Assembly: GCF_000150275.1 (NCBI RefSeq) | Contig: NW_002060944.1 | Location: 7,950,735-8,014,734 of the forward strand | Reading direction: 5' to 3' | DNA from: Trichoplax adhaerens | Taxonomy: Eukaryota; Animalia; Placozoa | DNA length: 64,000 nucleotides | In this document: in pieces, positions 41,506 through 57,111 of the stretch | Numbering within the stretch: the stretch's first letter is position 1 | Layout: every line of letters begins with the position of its first letter | The notes under the pieces: generated by a model | Database searches by the model: none | What the model was told of the DNA's origin: nothing | Seen by the model: the letters and a program-made list of their open reading frames with translations, nothing else | Made by a program: the position numbers and the translations under genes

Positions 41506-44500
41506 TATATCATATAACAAAAAGTATTTCTAACAGGATAATGTCAGTTAGTCAGCGATCTGATAGGCGAAAGCGAAGTAAACAACGTGGAAATGTACAG
41601 TATGAATGAGTGGGTAAAAGTGTTCCACATAGCTAAAAATGGAGAGTTACTGTAAGATTAGAGAAATGCGGTATGTACAGTATATCAGTATATGTCATAC
41701 ACTCTACTACTACATAGTACACGGTATAAAGTTACTGAACCTCTGACAGGTCTACGACAAATGGTAATACTATCTGTTAAATGAGCACATTATCGTAAAC
41801 CGTCAGCAAAGTGACGGGAGTTTGCACTAGTGTTTATAATTCATAGGCATTTGATTCATTTCTACGATACAGTATAGCCTTATAAAGATTTCTTAACACA
41901 AAAATTTCGTCCGTCATTTAACTGTAAACCTTAAGAGTTCGTTCTTACACATTTATAGGTGTAAAATATAATTAGCGAAAAGCACCGAGGGGAATGTCAT
42001 CAATCGTAGCATAAATATAATTTTGACTAAGTAATTCTTGCTGTTGATAAACTTAGTTAATGCAAATCCAGAAAGAGTATACTTAAATTATTTTAATGAA
42101 AATAAATAACTCTGCGTCATCGTATACTTTAGGACCAGTCATTTATTTACCAAGCATTGAGGTAATTCAAATACATTAATTGATCTAACTCCGGAAACAC
42201 ACTCAAACGGTAAAAATCACCTACTCCAGCATACGTATAATTTCGATTAAGTTATTCGTGCAATAGATACAGTACTGTAAATTTTATTCAATACAGAACA
42301 GATAAAGTATACGTACTCGTAGGTAACTTTAGATTTGAACAAATGGCTTTATTTCATTATCAGCTATAAGGCCTATCATTCATATTTTCAAGCATTTGGA
42401 TATTTTTACAAGAGTGTAGCAAGAAGTTCGTTTTAGTATTGAGAAGTAGAGTACGTTTGCCGCTAAATTTAATGGTTAATTTAGCTCTAATATTTCATGC
42501 ACTATGGTACTTTCGATCACCAAAAATATATTATTCCTGTCTAACATATAAACTTATTTATTTCCGTAATCGCCTACAAACAAAAAGAAGTACATTTTTT
42601 ACTGGCTATAAATATTGAGAAATCTTTGCGTCGCTTATCATTAATAAAATGAAACAATTGCAGCAAAATTTAAAATGACGCTTTGAGTTGAATATCCTGC
42701 TACTTGGAGTAATACTTTTGAATTATATAGTACAATAGAGTTGCATATTACACTTCCGTTATTTTCTTTGCTAATAGAAAGTAACTGTGTGATTTTCTTA
42801 ATAATAGAATATGGCGATCTAGACCATAGAAGTATAAAAATGTCTTGACTATTTCTTTGTTTGTCCTTGATATAAATATCCGTAAATTAATATTATCGAA
42901 ATCAAAAATCTTGGTCGTAAAAATCTTCGATGATATTACTTTCTACTCCGACTGCTAGCCTTTGCTTGGCTATTAATTCCCGCAATTAAATTGCTAGCTG
43001 TGAACTGATACATTATTAATGATTAAATTTTAATTTAGCATGGTACCTAAGGAATTTTTACTCTATTATTCACTGGCAACACTCATTCGTATAATATCAA
43101 AGTAAGCCTATATCTCCGTTAAATATATTTATATTCTGACCAGACAAAATAGGTTAAAAATATTAACCTATTGGTTTCATTATCACATCGACGCCAATGC
43201 ATTCAATGCAACATTCTAATGGTATCTTTGTGATTTCATTTCTGATGGTGTTCATAAACAATTCAAAATGAAATTTTATAGATTATTAATTTACATTCTA
43301 CAAATAACTTGAAAATTAGTGCGATTTTTGCAGTCAAAAGACTGAATAAATAGTTATTGTCTTCTATACATTAACATGATATTAAAAAAGAAGCATGCTT
43401 TAACGATCGAACCGTATGATGTATTTTAAGAAATCGAATTCACATTTTGGTATTTACTTGTCATCCTAAACATCATAAGTGAAACGGAGCTGGCGAAAGT
43501 TGCAATCTCTTTATGGATTATAAATTTTTACCTAAATAATGCATCAAGTAAAGGATGCAATATTAATTAGGTATTTATGTTTTGCCTTCATTCTCAGCTC
43601 AATAACATATTCATTGTCTGTTGGGGATAATTAAGTATTTGATTAATTAAAGGATGTTTTCGAGTATTTATTATATTTAACTATCGCTTATTTATTCTAT
43701 TCATGATCTTAGGCCAAGAGAAAACAATAGTGTTGACATATGGTATTTCTGAATTATTATTATATAAAATGTGCGATTTAAAATAATTCTAGAGTTACAA
43801 TAGTGGAGGATTTATTCATATACAGTAAATATTTACTGTAAGACGAACACATTATACGATATAGTAATCATTTTTCATTTCGTCATAATCATATTAAAAG
43901 TAATTATCAGGTGTATGCGAAACGAAATCGTACTTCTCATCTATGTGATATGTTGTTTCGATCTTGACATCATATGACATATATTCGGCATCCTGTAAAG
44001 ACAGATGTACGTAAGTTACGATTTTGTTATAGCATTTAAATAATACCAAACTATAACATAATAAATCAAATTTTTATATTTTGAATCGTAAAATTTGATA
44101 TTCAATCCGGTAAAATTATATTTCTATACTTTACATTATTATATTTGAATATGCGAACGTGTGAGCAAGAGGTATAATAAATATATCCTATGAAGATGGA
44201 TATAATCTATCTTTGGTACCACGTTTGAATTAATATCAAATTCGGATAAATAAGAGACAACAATGAATGCCTTGTTTTCGTATTTGAAACATCGCTGAAT
44301 CCAAGTTTTCTTGAGATTTTTTATTCGATATACCATTGTATAATATTGCAACTTGCAAAATGAATGCATAGTACATTAGAGAAAGATACCTGACAATAAA
44401 ATTTTATCTCGGCAGCTCATTCTTTTAATGGGCATATTTGCTAATTACTAAATATACTTTTATCTACTTAAATTGGCAATTTAATGTACAAAGGATAGAT

Positions 44501-46369
44501 CAGAAAAATAGTACCACATGTTACAAAATATCTGGTAAATATTTTTGTTACTAAGGTTCCGAGGAAAACAATATTTTCGAATTAATTTATTTTCTTAGCT
44601 GCATACTACATACAGCTTATTTGTCAAATCGATTTTAACCTTAACTACGGCTAATTTTTTGTCTATTGCTTACTATCATAACATAGTTGTAAATGTTTTA
44701 TCTAGTGTGTTGAAGAAAATAAAGAAATTATAATGAACTTTCTTCTTTCAACTATGCTATTCCTTATAGGATGTGCTTCATTCCTTTATTATCATTATTA
44801 TCTTAAAAATATTTACTAAGGTTAACTTACTATACTTTCTGTATATTTATGGTTAGTATTTTGATCTCAATTTCTTTTAATTCGCATTGATTAAATAGCA
44901 GATGATGATCTCATTAGGTATCGTCATGTTATTTTATTCCATTTTATTATCCATTATAACATAAGCATATAGCCAGAGAATCCTGTATTTCATATTTACC
45001 AACTATATATTATATAGTAGCACAATGACCGATTAATAATGAAAAATAAAAGAAAGTACGGTAATATATCAGAGAATAAATTAGGTGGACACCGGCATAT
45101 TCAATAAGAAATAATTATTAAGATGGTAATAACGTATTCTGATAAAGCAATAACGTTTCACTCATGTATTGTTAAATCTATCCAATAACATTTGTATGGT
45201 TGGTACTTATAAATAGATTAAACTTGTTTCTAAGAATTTGAAAAGCTAATAGTTTAATAGAAATATACAGTAGAACAAGTGCGCTTTAAATATTAAATTT
45301 TTTTTCAAGATTACATGAAACCTGTTAAGACGCATAACTGAATTCATTTAATTAAGAAACTATATTCCTGCGATCAGGCATCTTATACTAAATACCTATA
45401 CTTTGCTGCTGTTTATTATACTCATATTATAGTTTATGCTACAACAATTGCAAATAGGTAGATTCTGTTATCCTTGGACAATTTTCATATTCATTGACAA
45501 TAGTTGATACATTTGACAAAAATATGAAGGCACGGTTTTACCAAGCTCACTATTCAAAACTCCTATGACTATTTTCGACATTCGCGTAAATAGTACACTC
45601 TTGGATGATTTTAATTGCTTCAAATAGTTTTAGGATTCTATAATAATAATTTATGGTGCGGCCTTATTTAGGTTTCGCATGAGCTACTCTCTTGATCATA
45701 AAAAATAATAAAATATAAATGATATTCTTCCGTGTTTATTCCATTTAATAATAATAGTTTGTACATTTTAGATGATATACATCACATTAATGCGATTATT
45801 TCCACACTCACTGATCGTTTTATCGATATGTATAGGAAAATCTCAGTGTAACTCTATGAAAAATAGATTATACACTTTATGACAGTATACAGCACAGCAT
45901 TATTAAATCTCTCAATTTAATTCTCAGAATGTAACAAAGCAAGTGCAAAAATATTGCAATATCCTTTCTTGGCGATTACAGCTTTTCGAAAAGCGGCGTA
46001 TTGTATGCTAATAGTTTACAGTATAGCATGACTAAACCTTGTAATTCAACGCTTTAATTAATGATTATGATTTCAAAAAGATAGCTAGTATCCTCCTTTA
46101 GCAATTTATTATCTTATAAAAAAGGCGTATGCAACTATTATGATCATTTACAGCAAAATATTATCAACAGTTTACGTTGTGATTCAGTTATGCGTATTTT
46201 GATGATCGAAGTATCGAGAACAAAACAATATCTTATTTTGGCTAATTAAGTTTCATAAAAGTAGCTTAAGTATTCTATAATACAAGTTTTGCTATGGACT
46301 TTACTGGACTTAATCAATTATAGTTTTAATTCAGCATCCGCGTCATTACAATATCAAACATGCACACAA

Positions 46370-46900
46370 TGTCCTCCTTCGGTTATTTTCTTTCCACGAT
46401 ACGTGACGCATTCCTTGATGGTATGCAGCATCGTATTTTAGTACTATCAACTCAGCATTTTCCTGACCATATATCAAATATGTAAAATATCCTCCCACAG
46501 AACAACGTTGGCTCTACTGACAGTTATCCATTTTATTGTCATTTGCAGCACTGTGAATTAAGCCTTTGATTCAGTGCTCCAGCAGCCATCATATCAAGTA
46601 TGCAAACAGTATCCTTCTACAGCTACCATAGTTGCATAGAAAATAGTTCATGTTCATTTTGATGATTTACAACAAAATATTATTAAAGCTTATATAATTA
46701 ATTTTTCATTCTTGTGATGATAGTTAAAAATATGTAAACAATATTCTCACTTAACTGCTCAAGTTATAGACAGCTGATTTATTCGTTTTCTGATAATTGC
46801 AGTATAACTCTTATAAAGATTAGCCTGCAGTAAAGGCAGCACTTCCATATCATAATATCAAGGGCGTAATCAGACTTCACTGTGGTTATTTTTAGCTCTG
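46370..46900 (-). mobile_element. Degenerate DNA-transposon protein relic (AcademX-like XPG/PIN region)
   Basis: Colinear fragments across frameshifts and stops: KITTVKSDYAL..RLIFI, QKTNKSAVYNL, DTVCILDMMA, C*VD, TIKEC. They resemble the KxDxxLFxRL / RKxxKSxL / IIDGMA / RVDIVFD / SIK motifs of that family, recalled from memory. Confidence 0.35.
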
Positions 46901-49900
46901 CATAAATTCGTTGTTTGCATATTTTACTGACAGATTTGTAGTATAAAATTTTTATGAAGGCCTATAAAGATGATTCAAGTGCTTCAAGCTCCATATGATC
47001 GTAGCATGAATATCAAATACTGCACATATGGTACATCACGTATTTCTCCTTGGTCTTGCTGCTGCATAGAATTATTTTATATTTTTAATAAATTGCAGAA
47101 TGCACTTTAAGGTAAATTTCAACGTAAAACTATTAAATTTCTCAAATTTACGCATCAATTTATTAGTGACGGATAGTTCTAAAATGTAGCCTTTAATTAT
47201 AGTACAGTAAAAATATTTGTAATAGGAAAGTTTATTTATTTTTTAATTGTAAGAATAAATGTTATGATAGGAAAATGAAAGCAGCAGTCAGATGCTAATC
47301 AAGTTTTTCTATTATTTATTTCTAGTTTACAAGTGATCAGCCTTCCTGGAACTTGACAGTGGTCGAAAGAGAAAAATATTTGTTTGTCTTTGCTTGTATT
47401 TCCTAATGATGGATTACTATAGCATCAATAAAATATACGATAGTCTACCAGCTAGTCATATAGATAAATTTATAGATATTTTAATTATAAAGTAATACCC
47501 TTTCTATGTCCGTGTCGATATGAATGATGTCAAAGTATTTCTTCCGTTAATAATAACAATACCAATACGTAGCATCATTATATTTAGTCATTGAATTATT
47601 AACATTAGTATTTATAGCCAATAATGTTTTTAATATAGTATTTAATCAATCTTTCTTTCTCCAATGCTAGGTTTGGGATTCTAACTACTTTCTATCGGAC
47701 TACTTTACAATGAACTCTCTTAACATATCCGATCCTTGTTACTCTCTCAAACCCCAATCTAGCACAATGACGTACTATTTATCATAATATTACTTATCCA
47801 TAACTTCCGTAACAATATTTTGATGAAGAATAAATATTTATCATTCGCGAAATCACTCGACATGAGCATTTATGATTTCATTTGTAATATGTTACTTGTT
47901 TTCAAGTCCTATATGACTTTTCACTTTCTAAATCAGTTGGTGTAAAGAACAAAGAAATAACGTGCTTTAGCGAGTACTTGGAATACGATTAACTACCGAT
48001 CGTTACGGGAAAGGGCATCCATTTGTTTCTATCTAGTAGGATAGGATATCAAATCAACAATTTATCTCTATGGGATTAATTCTACTATCATAGAAAGCAA
48101 TGTTTTAACGCTATTGATGGCTTTGATAGCAAAATATATGAGAGATTTTCAAAAACTTTTGCTTGCATACAGGATCAATCTTACATTTAGCAACCCTTCA
48201 ACTGCAATCTTATAATGAAATATTTGCAACTTACAACATCTGTTTCTATACACCTCTGTTCTACAATTATCTTATACGTGAAAAAAATTACGTAACTATA
48301 AAACCTTATTCTATCATCGTTTCTCAAATCGTAAACACTGTCAAACTACTGGAGATAAAGAGACATTTCGACTATTCGCCAATTTTATGATCCTTTGCTA
48401 ATAAATGATATTGAAAAGAATAGGTTTGACGATTTAAGGACGCATCCACAGCAACATGATGTTAATAGTTTGCTAAAAAGCAAAGCAAGTCTCTGAATTA
48501 TTACTAGAACCATTTTCGATTGATACATTATCATTATTTTAAGCCAATTATATTCCTCAACTCGATGATTACAATTTTATAAGTTTCGAAATATTTACTA
48601 GATGAATCAGCGAGTTTACATGGCGAAACGTCAATTTAGAAACGATTCTTGCCTTTGCAGTTTATAAATGGCAGAATGCATGGGTCTCAGTACATAAACT
48701 GACCTGATGACACGCCAACTTATAATTAGTTAACGGTGCCTTTACAGCTTCTAAACGACAGACTGTATTGGCAGCGGATGAGTTATATCTTGACTAGACA
48801 GTAAATAAGCAGATTGGCTGAATAGTCTGTAAGTAAAAAATGCACTTAATGTCATAGTGAAGTTAGTTTAATTTGATATACTCGCAGATCTGATAGAGTC
48901 GAAGCTTTTAGGACAGCTTAGGATATACGCGCGATTGCTTGTTCAGCTTAATATTGTAAAGGCAAAATAGTTTAGGAAAAATAAGTCCACTAAAGTAAAT
49001 ATCAAGCGAAAAGACATACAACACAGCTAGATTGTATCTAAAATATTGTTTTTTTTCTTATAGTTTAACTACAGTAATTTCTGCATTTAAATTTTAGAAT
49101 ATAATTTCCGAATATTAATCTGGATTGAATAAGCTTTTAATTATAAAACATCCTGGAGTACCTATACGATCAGCAGGCATATATATGTATAAAATAATAA
49201 TGATGAATTATAATTAAGGCAACAGTCTAGAACTGGGTAAATTAAAAATCTATCATACGCGTATTTATTACGTATTTCTACATGCTTATACGAGTATTCG
49301 GTGTGCAAATATGCAATCATAGCATATTTTCTGCTAATAATCGCTGCGCCAAATTATTGTAGTACTCGAGTTTTACGTCCCCTTAAGTTCGCAATCGTCT
49401 AACTCAAAACCTGAGTTATTAAAATTGAGCAAATCTCTAATGTGACACAATATCAGGTAAACATCGCGTTTAACCTTAAAAGCATCGTTTATTAATAGAA
49501 AGCTCGATAAGGGAAGAATCCACTTTTCTTCGCTCATAATAACAGTCGAAAGCGGCTTAGATAAACCGGATAATCAACCTAGTCTCCACGATGACAATTC
49601 CATGTTATCTAACAGTTATGTTAAGACATTACACATCATGTCACTTTATATAGCTACCTACTGCGGCCTTATACGCACATAGTAAGCATAGTATAAGTAC
49701 ACCGTTTCATCATCAGCAATTATGAAATCACCTTATAAACATAATAGACTATTCTACTTCTTAAAGCTACCGCACTTCAATTACTACTGTAATTAATGAA
49801 ACTACTATAAATACATATCCTACTAATAGCCAAATCATATTAAATTTTTAGATACTATATCCAGATAGCATCCTCATGTAATCAGATCTAAATATTAAAG

Positions 49901-52900
49901 AATTGATGATTAGTTTTCGATATTCTGTTGTATGTTGCAAAGGAATCGATTTGCCTTTTCTGTCCATAAATGGGAAAAAACGCAGAAAAAACATTATGAA
50001 AGTTTGTTTGCGCCAATCTGCCTTCATATGGATCGTACTATGGTAGGCAATAATTTCATCGCCTGTAATTATTCTGATTAGAATATTATCATCCACATAA
50101 GGCTCATTAGATTATGCTTTCTAATTATATCTTTCGCAATTTGGTAAGAATTAGGTACAGTGATTAACTGCAAACTTATAAAACGTCGCTATGTTTAAAT
50201 CGTAACAACACAAAATGTAATAAAACAATACGATGGAAACATACTATTTATCAAGCTAGAAGCATAATTTATATCATTTCTGTCTCCAAATTTGCTCAAT
50301 TTTACCAAAAGTTAAAGTATAACAATTGAAGAGTCATATGCATCTAATACGATATTATTCCATAATTAAGGGTCTTTCTTAAATCTGTCGCTCGTAGCTC
50401 AACCATCTTCAGGTTACAGGATTTCCATTGCTAACTAATGGATATGGTAATCCAAAGCATTTATTTTACAGCTCAAATTTTAGCTTTAATCTTATCGTAA
50501 TACTGTACACTTTAAAAAAATGTAATGGCAAACTATACTTTTATAATCAAATGACTGCATACATCCTATAGCCATTTCGAAGCTGACTTAATTATTTGAC
50601 TGCTGGTCTGATTTCTGTAGTTAAAAAAGCAAATTTAATTGTTTGCAATCTTTATTTTCATTTCTCACCAGTTTCTTTTCAATCGATGATCCTTTCATCG
50701 TTATAAATCGTGATCTATCATTTTTCTATCATTTGTTCTCCTTGTACTCTGAAATTTCTCACGATTATTTTTAAATTATTGTTTCAGGTCATCTGATGCC
50801 TTGCACCTTGTATTATTAATACCTACATCTAGACAACTTCAGTCATTCTATTTTTACTAAATATTCCTCTAGTTAGGTGTAATCTCATACTATTAATAAT
50901 ACAGAAATCATATATATCATATAATTTTAATTCTTTTCTTATTGTCGATATTTTACTTCTAGTAAAATGAATTTATCTAATCAGAAACTTAAATCCAGAC
51001 ATTTCGAATTGTATCTTAGAATATCTACATAATATCGTCGTGGAATTTGATCCTTATAATGTATTGTCTTATTAACCAAACTATTGTGGCTTATGAATAT
51101 CTATGCTTTTAAATCTAAAGACTCATGAGGTAATATTGTTAAATAAATTTCATATGGTTTACCAGGGTATACGTCTAATATAACCTTTGCTTGCTACCGT
51201 AATAGATTCATTAGATCTTCCTAACTTTATTTCTTCCTCCTAGACGACAATATCGATGGCAAATTTTGATATCTTAGCAATCTTTCGTGATTTTATGTTA
51301 TAAGTAATTTTCCCATCATCAACTTTGACTGTGATCAATATTTATTTATTTTTCGTTTGAGACAATGTATATCCAGTTATTGTCTGTAGAATTAATAGCG
51401 CTTTCTTTAGTTCTTCAAATACCAGCCTAAAGAATTATATTCTCACATATCCAAAAAATTTATTTTGACCTTTCTTGATGTCTGGTTGTAATAAGATAGG
51501 TTTATTTTTGCTATGCTAGACTATTGTGTGGAATAGAAATTTACTGTACTGAATGATTTAATTAACTTTCATAAATTTCAGGAAATCAATATTAAGAGTT
51601 TATTAATTTAAAAGTATGATTATTTTAAGAATACAAATATGGCAAGCTTGGATGAACATAATGTTGACGATGATTATTATTACAATTATTAAAGTAAAGA
51701 ACGTCAATACACTAAATACACAAATAATATACTGATGTTGGTAACCAGTTAAATAGCTCACAGCTAATTATAAAAGACAGGGAATAGAAAACGTCTATTA
51801 TAACAAAATCTCAGACAATTAATTCCAAATGAGCAAGTGTTATTTGTTTTTATAGCGAGGATTTTAATTAGTTCTTCCAAAATGGATTTCATACCCTTTT
51901 CGTTTGAATTCTTAAAAGACTTTAGGTTTATCTTCCCATAAATATACTGTCTTTAGCGGATTAAATCTTCGTTCCGTTTCTCAAAATTTATGCATATTGT
52001 AGTTTAGTCATATGAAATAATGATTTTCTTTTAAACTATAATTAAAAATAGTTCACAAACTGTTCAATGCTGGACAGACGAAAAGTTGCATCGCGAATAT
52101 ACGATGAGAAATGAAAGTAATTGAAATTTTGATCGATAATAAACTGATTGCCCAGTCTCATTTAATAAAATTAGATTCGATTTGATATAAATTATATGAA
52201 GAAAGCTCGTAAGCACGCACCAAGAACTAGTTTTCTGTATGAATAACATGATAGAGGTCAGAAAGCGATACATTGAAGTTGACCCCAGATTTTATAATAT
52301 AGCGATGAAATGCAACAATATAATTTGTAACATATCAATATCCATCTTTAATATTGACGATCATGAAAGTAATTATAAATGGATTTACTTCTGCTTTCAT
52401 TTTAATTTAAAGTAAACCCAATTTATCAATATCATAAGGTTTTTATTCAAGTGCGATAAGCAAAAATTTATTATCAATCCAGAGATGTCTACTCACTGTT
52501 CAAAAATCAATATTTTATCAAAAGTATTACATAGTAATAAATTGCAACACATAAAGTAAAAGTTTTAATGTCAATACATGTTTGCACAATATAAAGCTAC
52601 CTCGTATTGAGTTATACGAAAGAAACTCATTAAAAGAATTCTGAAATTACTAAATTTATTTAGCTGAATATAATCTAACTTGAAACAGGATGCGAAAATC
52701 GATGTAACGATTTGATTCGTACAAGATGTTGTAATGTAATCGATGAACTACAATATTTTAATGAATTAGCAAACAGAAAGACAATTTATGGCATTTATAC
52801 TCTGCCTTTAATAGAAAAGGTTTAAAATATTGCAGATATTGATGATAAACTTGAAGAAATCACACAATCTCATTAATTAGAACTAGTACGTCATAACTGT

Positions 52901-55900
52901 CAGATGGACGTAGATGCCAAATATTTTTGATGGATTAATTAAATAGTTTGCGATACCATTCAAGAGATAGCAATGTAAGTTATTATAATAAATAAATAGG
53001 TTATGACTGCTGGTGACTTAAAACTAGCTGTATTTCATAAACTATTAGACACAGTATAATTCAATTTTGCTGATACCAAATAAAGTTTTGGTACTGGGAG
53101 ATTTTCATTAGACCTGATATGGATGGGTAGCTAAATTGAATCTCTATTTAAAATAATCTGAAATATATTTTTACGGAATGAATAGAATAACTAGGAATAG
53201 AAATTATGCTTATGTAATAAATACTATGAACCAGTGGGTTAAAAATTAGTTTCAAAATGGCCCATTAAGTTCTAGATTCGCCAATTGCAATTCATAATTT
53301 AGGATTTATGATATGCAATAACTCGACTTGATGACCTATACTATAAACCGTAAGACTTACTAACAGTACAAAGACATATTTAATACAGATTAAATTATAA
53401 AGCCACGTTGCTACATTTTCTAATTCTTTGCCATATTTATAGAATTTTAGATCACTCGTATAATATATCTATAGAATCTTATATTATATTTGGTTTCCGG
53501 TGATAGCAGAGGGTTTTAATTTCTGCAAATATGATATATTAGGTTTCTAATGTTGACAGAATATTTTTCTACCTTGTGTTAATGGTGTAATATACAGTGA
53601 AAATGATCTTTAAAGCAAGTGATATAGATAGAGTCCCTTGCTTTACATTTAAAGGTAAAAATATTATGCCTACAATACTCCAAGCTACTTTTACTTATTG
53701 GATCTCCTAGCTTAAATAACTGGTAAAATAATAAGAGATGACGTGATAATGCTTAGATTAATTGGCTCCGGTAGTATCAGAAAATTGCCAACTCGGTTTC
53801 GTAATAAGGGTCATAAAATAAATACGAGTCTTTAAAATTTCTGGGATCTGCTATCCCTTAACTCTTCATAGGAATTTGGACGCCTTTACCTTTACGTTAT
53901 AAGACTACAAAATTAATTTTATTTAACAATCTGTCGAGCTTATACAGTCTTCATCAGCTAACTTTGACGAATCATCTTAACTATCTAACGGTAGATTCTT
54001 ACCTATTAATCCTATTTATATAACAATATTTATGGTATGGATATCTATCGTGCACGTAGTGGCTTAGTAACTGGACTAGAGTATGTTCATTCATAGAATC
54101 ATTCATAGAATAACGTATAATCTGCTATCAATCAGGATTATAATCGCTTGATATCAGTGCCAATCTATCGTCTATCTTGTACTTTTAGGCATGTCGATTA
54201 GGCTTTTCGCGAATTGACTGGATTTCGTATTTGGACGGTAACAATAAGAGAACTGCAATATATCCAGTCAGGTGATCTAATTTATTTTTAACCAACCAGT
54301 AGCCGAAAGACTACAAACATAATTGTGCACATCGTGGAATCAGTCATTTAAGGATTCTAGTGTCAAGAGATGCACTCTAAGTAGCGAAATTAATGAGATA
54401 TTTATTGTGGAGAATATTAGTGATATACAACCTCTTATATTGCTAAGAGTAATTCTAATTCTATTTGGATAGAAGTTAATAAACGCAACTTGTAAAGATT
54501 GTTTAAGTATTACTTCATCCCTGAGTTTTTTTCGGAGTACCTCGACGCAAAGTCATATATATGTTATACATATATTCATCAAGGGCCACAATTACAACAA
54601 CTAGAATATTTTTAATGTCTACATCGACAATATATGCGTAATAATAATCATCCGCTCATGAAACTTATGAAAAAGGCAGAACATGAATTAATGTGCTTTA
54701 GCTGAAAATGTATTACCGCAACAATCTCTAACTGATCTACCGGCATTCTTCTAAAACGCTTATATCTAGTGCATACTTTGAAAAATATATTAAATTAATT
54801 ACGGCCAACTATTCTTGTAAAGAACTGATATGTTTGGATGTTGCTTAATCAGATTTAAAAATCCGATACCAATTTTAGCACACAGATAATTTAATTGCAT
54901 TCTTTACTCATCTGTTAGATATATAAAACGTGATATATTTTCTTTATTTATAAATCTAACATGATACATTGAGTGTAAAATGTAATGTACCGAACTATTG
55001 AATTATTATAGCTAGCATTAGCAAGCAACGTAATGAAGGCCTTAATTACACTAGGTGTTTCGATTTTTACCAGAATATTAAATCAAAATTATTAACAAAT
55101 TAAAATCTTGGCTCTATGCATTCATGGAAAATTGCCAATACGTGAGAATATATTCGGCCTAAGAAGGTATACTCAATACGATTGAAGGCATTCGGTAGTT
55201 TATAAATATCTATGCAAATCATCCAGCTGGTCTGATCATATAAACAACAATAGAAGTTGCTCAGTATGTACATGCACATAGGCAACATAATTTTAAGAGC
55301 AATTATATCTACAAATATGGAAAAATACCAGAAGACTTATAAACTTTGTAAAGACAGGCAATGAAAATTTGTAATAGAAATGGGCATAGAGAAATAGCGG
55401 CAAAACTGGAAGGTGAAATGACGTTGCACGTAATAGAATTGTCAAATCAAAAATATTTATTCAAAAAATGAAAATGGATCTGTTAATTTATTCAGCATTT
55501 GTGCATGGTTAAGAACAGTAGCAAAATTTTAATGATATATACAGCTGATTTAGCTGTATTTCTCTTTGTTGATATTGATTCTCTGCATTCACTGAAAGTT
55601 TTATTTTACTTCTACGTATACATAGCTTGACTACCGATTTAATAAATCTTGATTCATTTGAAAGTTTAATTTTATAGGTTAGAGTTACGTATCTTGATTA
55701 CCCAACCAGTAATTCTTAATTTATTTAAGACGTAAATTAAAATCAGCCGATGACAATGATGCTGTTGCCAAAGAGTGAGGCATAAAATTGCCTTTCATTA
55801 TTTTCTCTCCTATTTTAATAATTAATTTACCCATTCTTATCCAGGTATTAAAATTTTTAAGAGATTGGATAAATAATACAATCCACATCGATAGACAATA

Positions 55901-56502
55901 ACAAAGTTGAAGAATAAACTTCTAATTTCTACGGAAATAGTACAAGATTATTGAGCACATATTTCTATACAATTAAAGTCATAGCTGCGTTATTTCAATT
56001 ATGTATCCTCTATGCTTCATTTAATGTAAGGGAAATTAAGAAGACATCTCTAGGTTCGTGCAGTATTCTAAATTATTACAATTATCCATAACATCGATTA
56101 TATTATAGAGTCAAATGTAATTTTAATCTTATATGATAATGGAAAAAGCTATTTCCAATGTGTACTTTAGGTTGCTATCGCTTATTGACATGAATAGTAG
56201 CCTTGAAATTCCATCCATTTCAATTGTTCAAAGAGCATGAATAATTTAATAAGTGTATCTCCACTTGAAAAATATAAACTTACTCATGGAAATATTATCG
56301 CATTTTAGAAGCTATCGTTGGTTTAATAGATACTAGAAGAATTAGATTTTGATATGTGTGCAATAGCCAATGTGTGCTAAGTACTTAGGCAACTAAAATA
56401 TCATCTACTAGCTTGAGATCAATGTATCGATTCGAGCATTATTGGAATAGAAGTTTTAGTAGAAGCTTACTAATTGCTTCAATTAAGGTCTAATAAATTC
56501 GA

Positions 56503-57111
56503 TAGACGTATTCATTTCGGCTCATAAACTCAGGATTAATATTATTATATCTAATTTCAAGTTCTATCTATCCTTTATGCACATGAAATTATTTTATTAC
56601 AACTATCAAAGTCTATCAAGTATTCATTTCAGAGTTATAAATAGGATTGACAGCTTGCATGGTTTAAGAGATGATATCATCANNNNNNNNNNNNNNNNNN
56701 NNNNNNNNNNNNNNNNNNNNNNNNNNNNNNNNTCGAACTGTAAGCAGATGATTTGCATTCCCTATTATAACTATTAATTTCAGTATGTGTATAAGTGTCA
56801 CTGTCATAAAAAGTCAGTGCTATATTAAAATACAGTATATCCAAATTAGAAGTTAACTAAATAAGGATAGTCTAATAGAATTATCCTAACATTGATATTT
56901 CTACTGTAATACAGTGTATAACACTGTAACATAGACGTATTCATTTCGGCTCATAAACTCAGGATTAATATTATTATATCTAATTTCAAGTTCTATCTAT
57001 CCTTTATGCACATGAAATTATTTTATTACAACTATCAAAGTCTATCAAGTATTCATTTCAGAGTTATAAATAGGATTGACAGCTTGCATGGTTTAAGAGA
57101 TGATATCATCA
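56503..57111. repeat. 180-bp direct duplication across an N gap (56503-56682 = 56932-57111), probably two haplotypes
   Basis: Identical copies flank a 50-N gap plus the LTR end. Confidence 0.85.
56733..56931. mobile_element. Partial second copy of the LTR at 4841-5471 (terminal 199 bp, truncated by the gap)
   Basis: Matches 5273-5471 with 5 mismatches counted by eye. Ends ...ACACTGTAACA and is followed by TAGAC. Confidence 0.85.

Noticed and set aside
45955-46620. U12-type donor-like strings (ATATCCTTT, GTATCCTT)
   Set aside because: No associated exons or branch-point/acceptor; likely chance.
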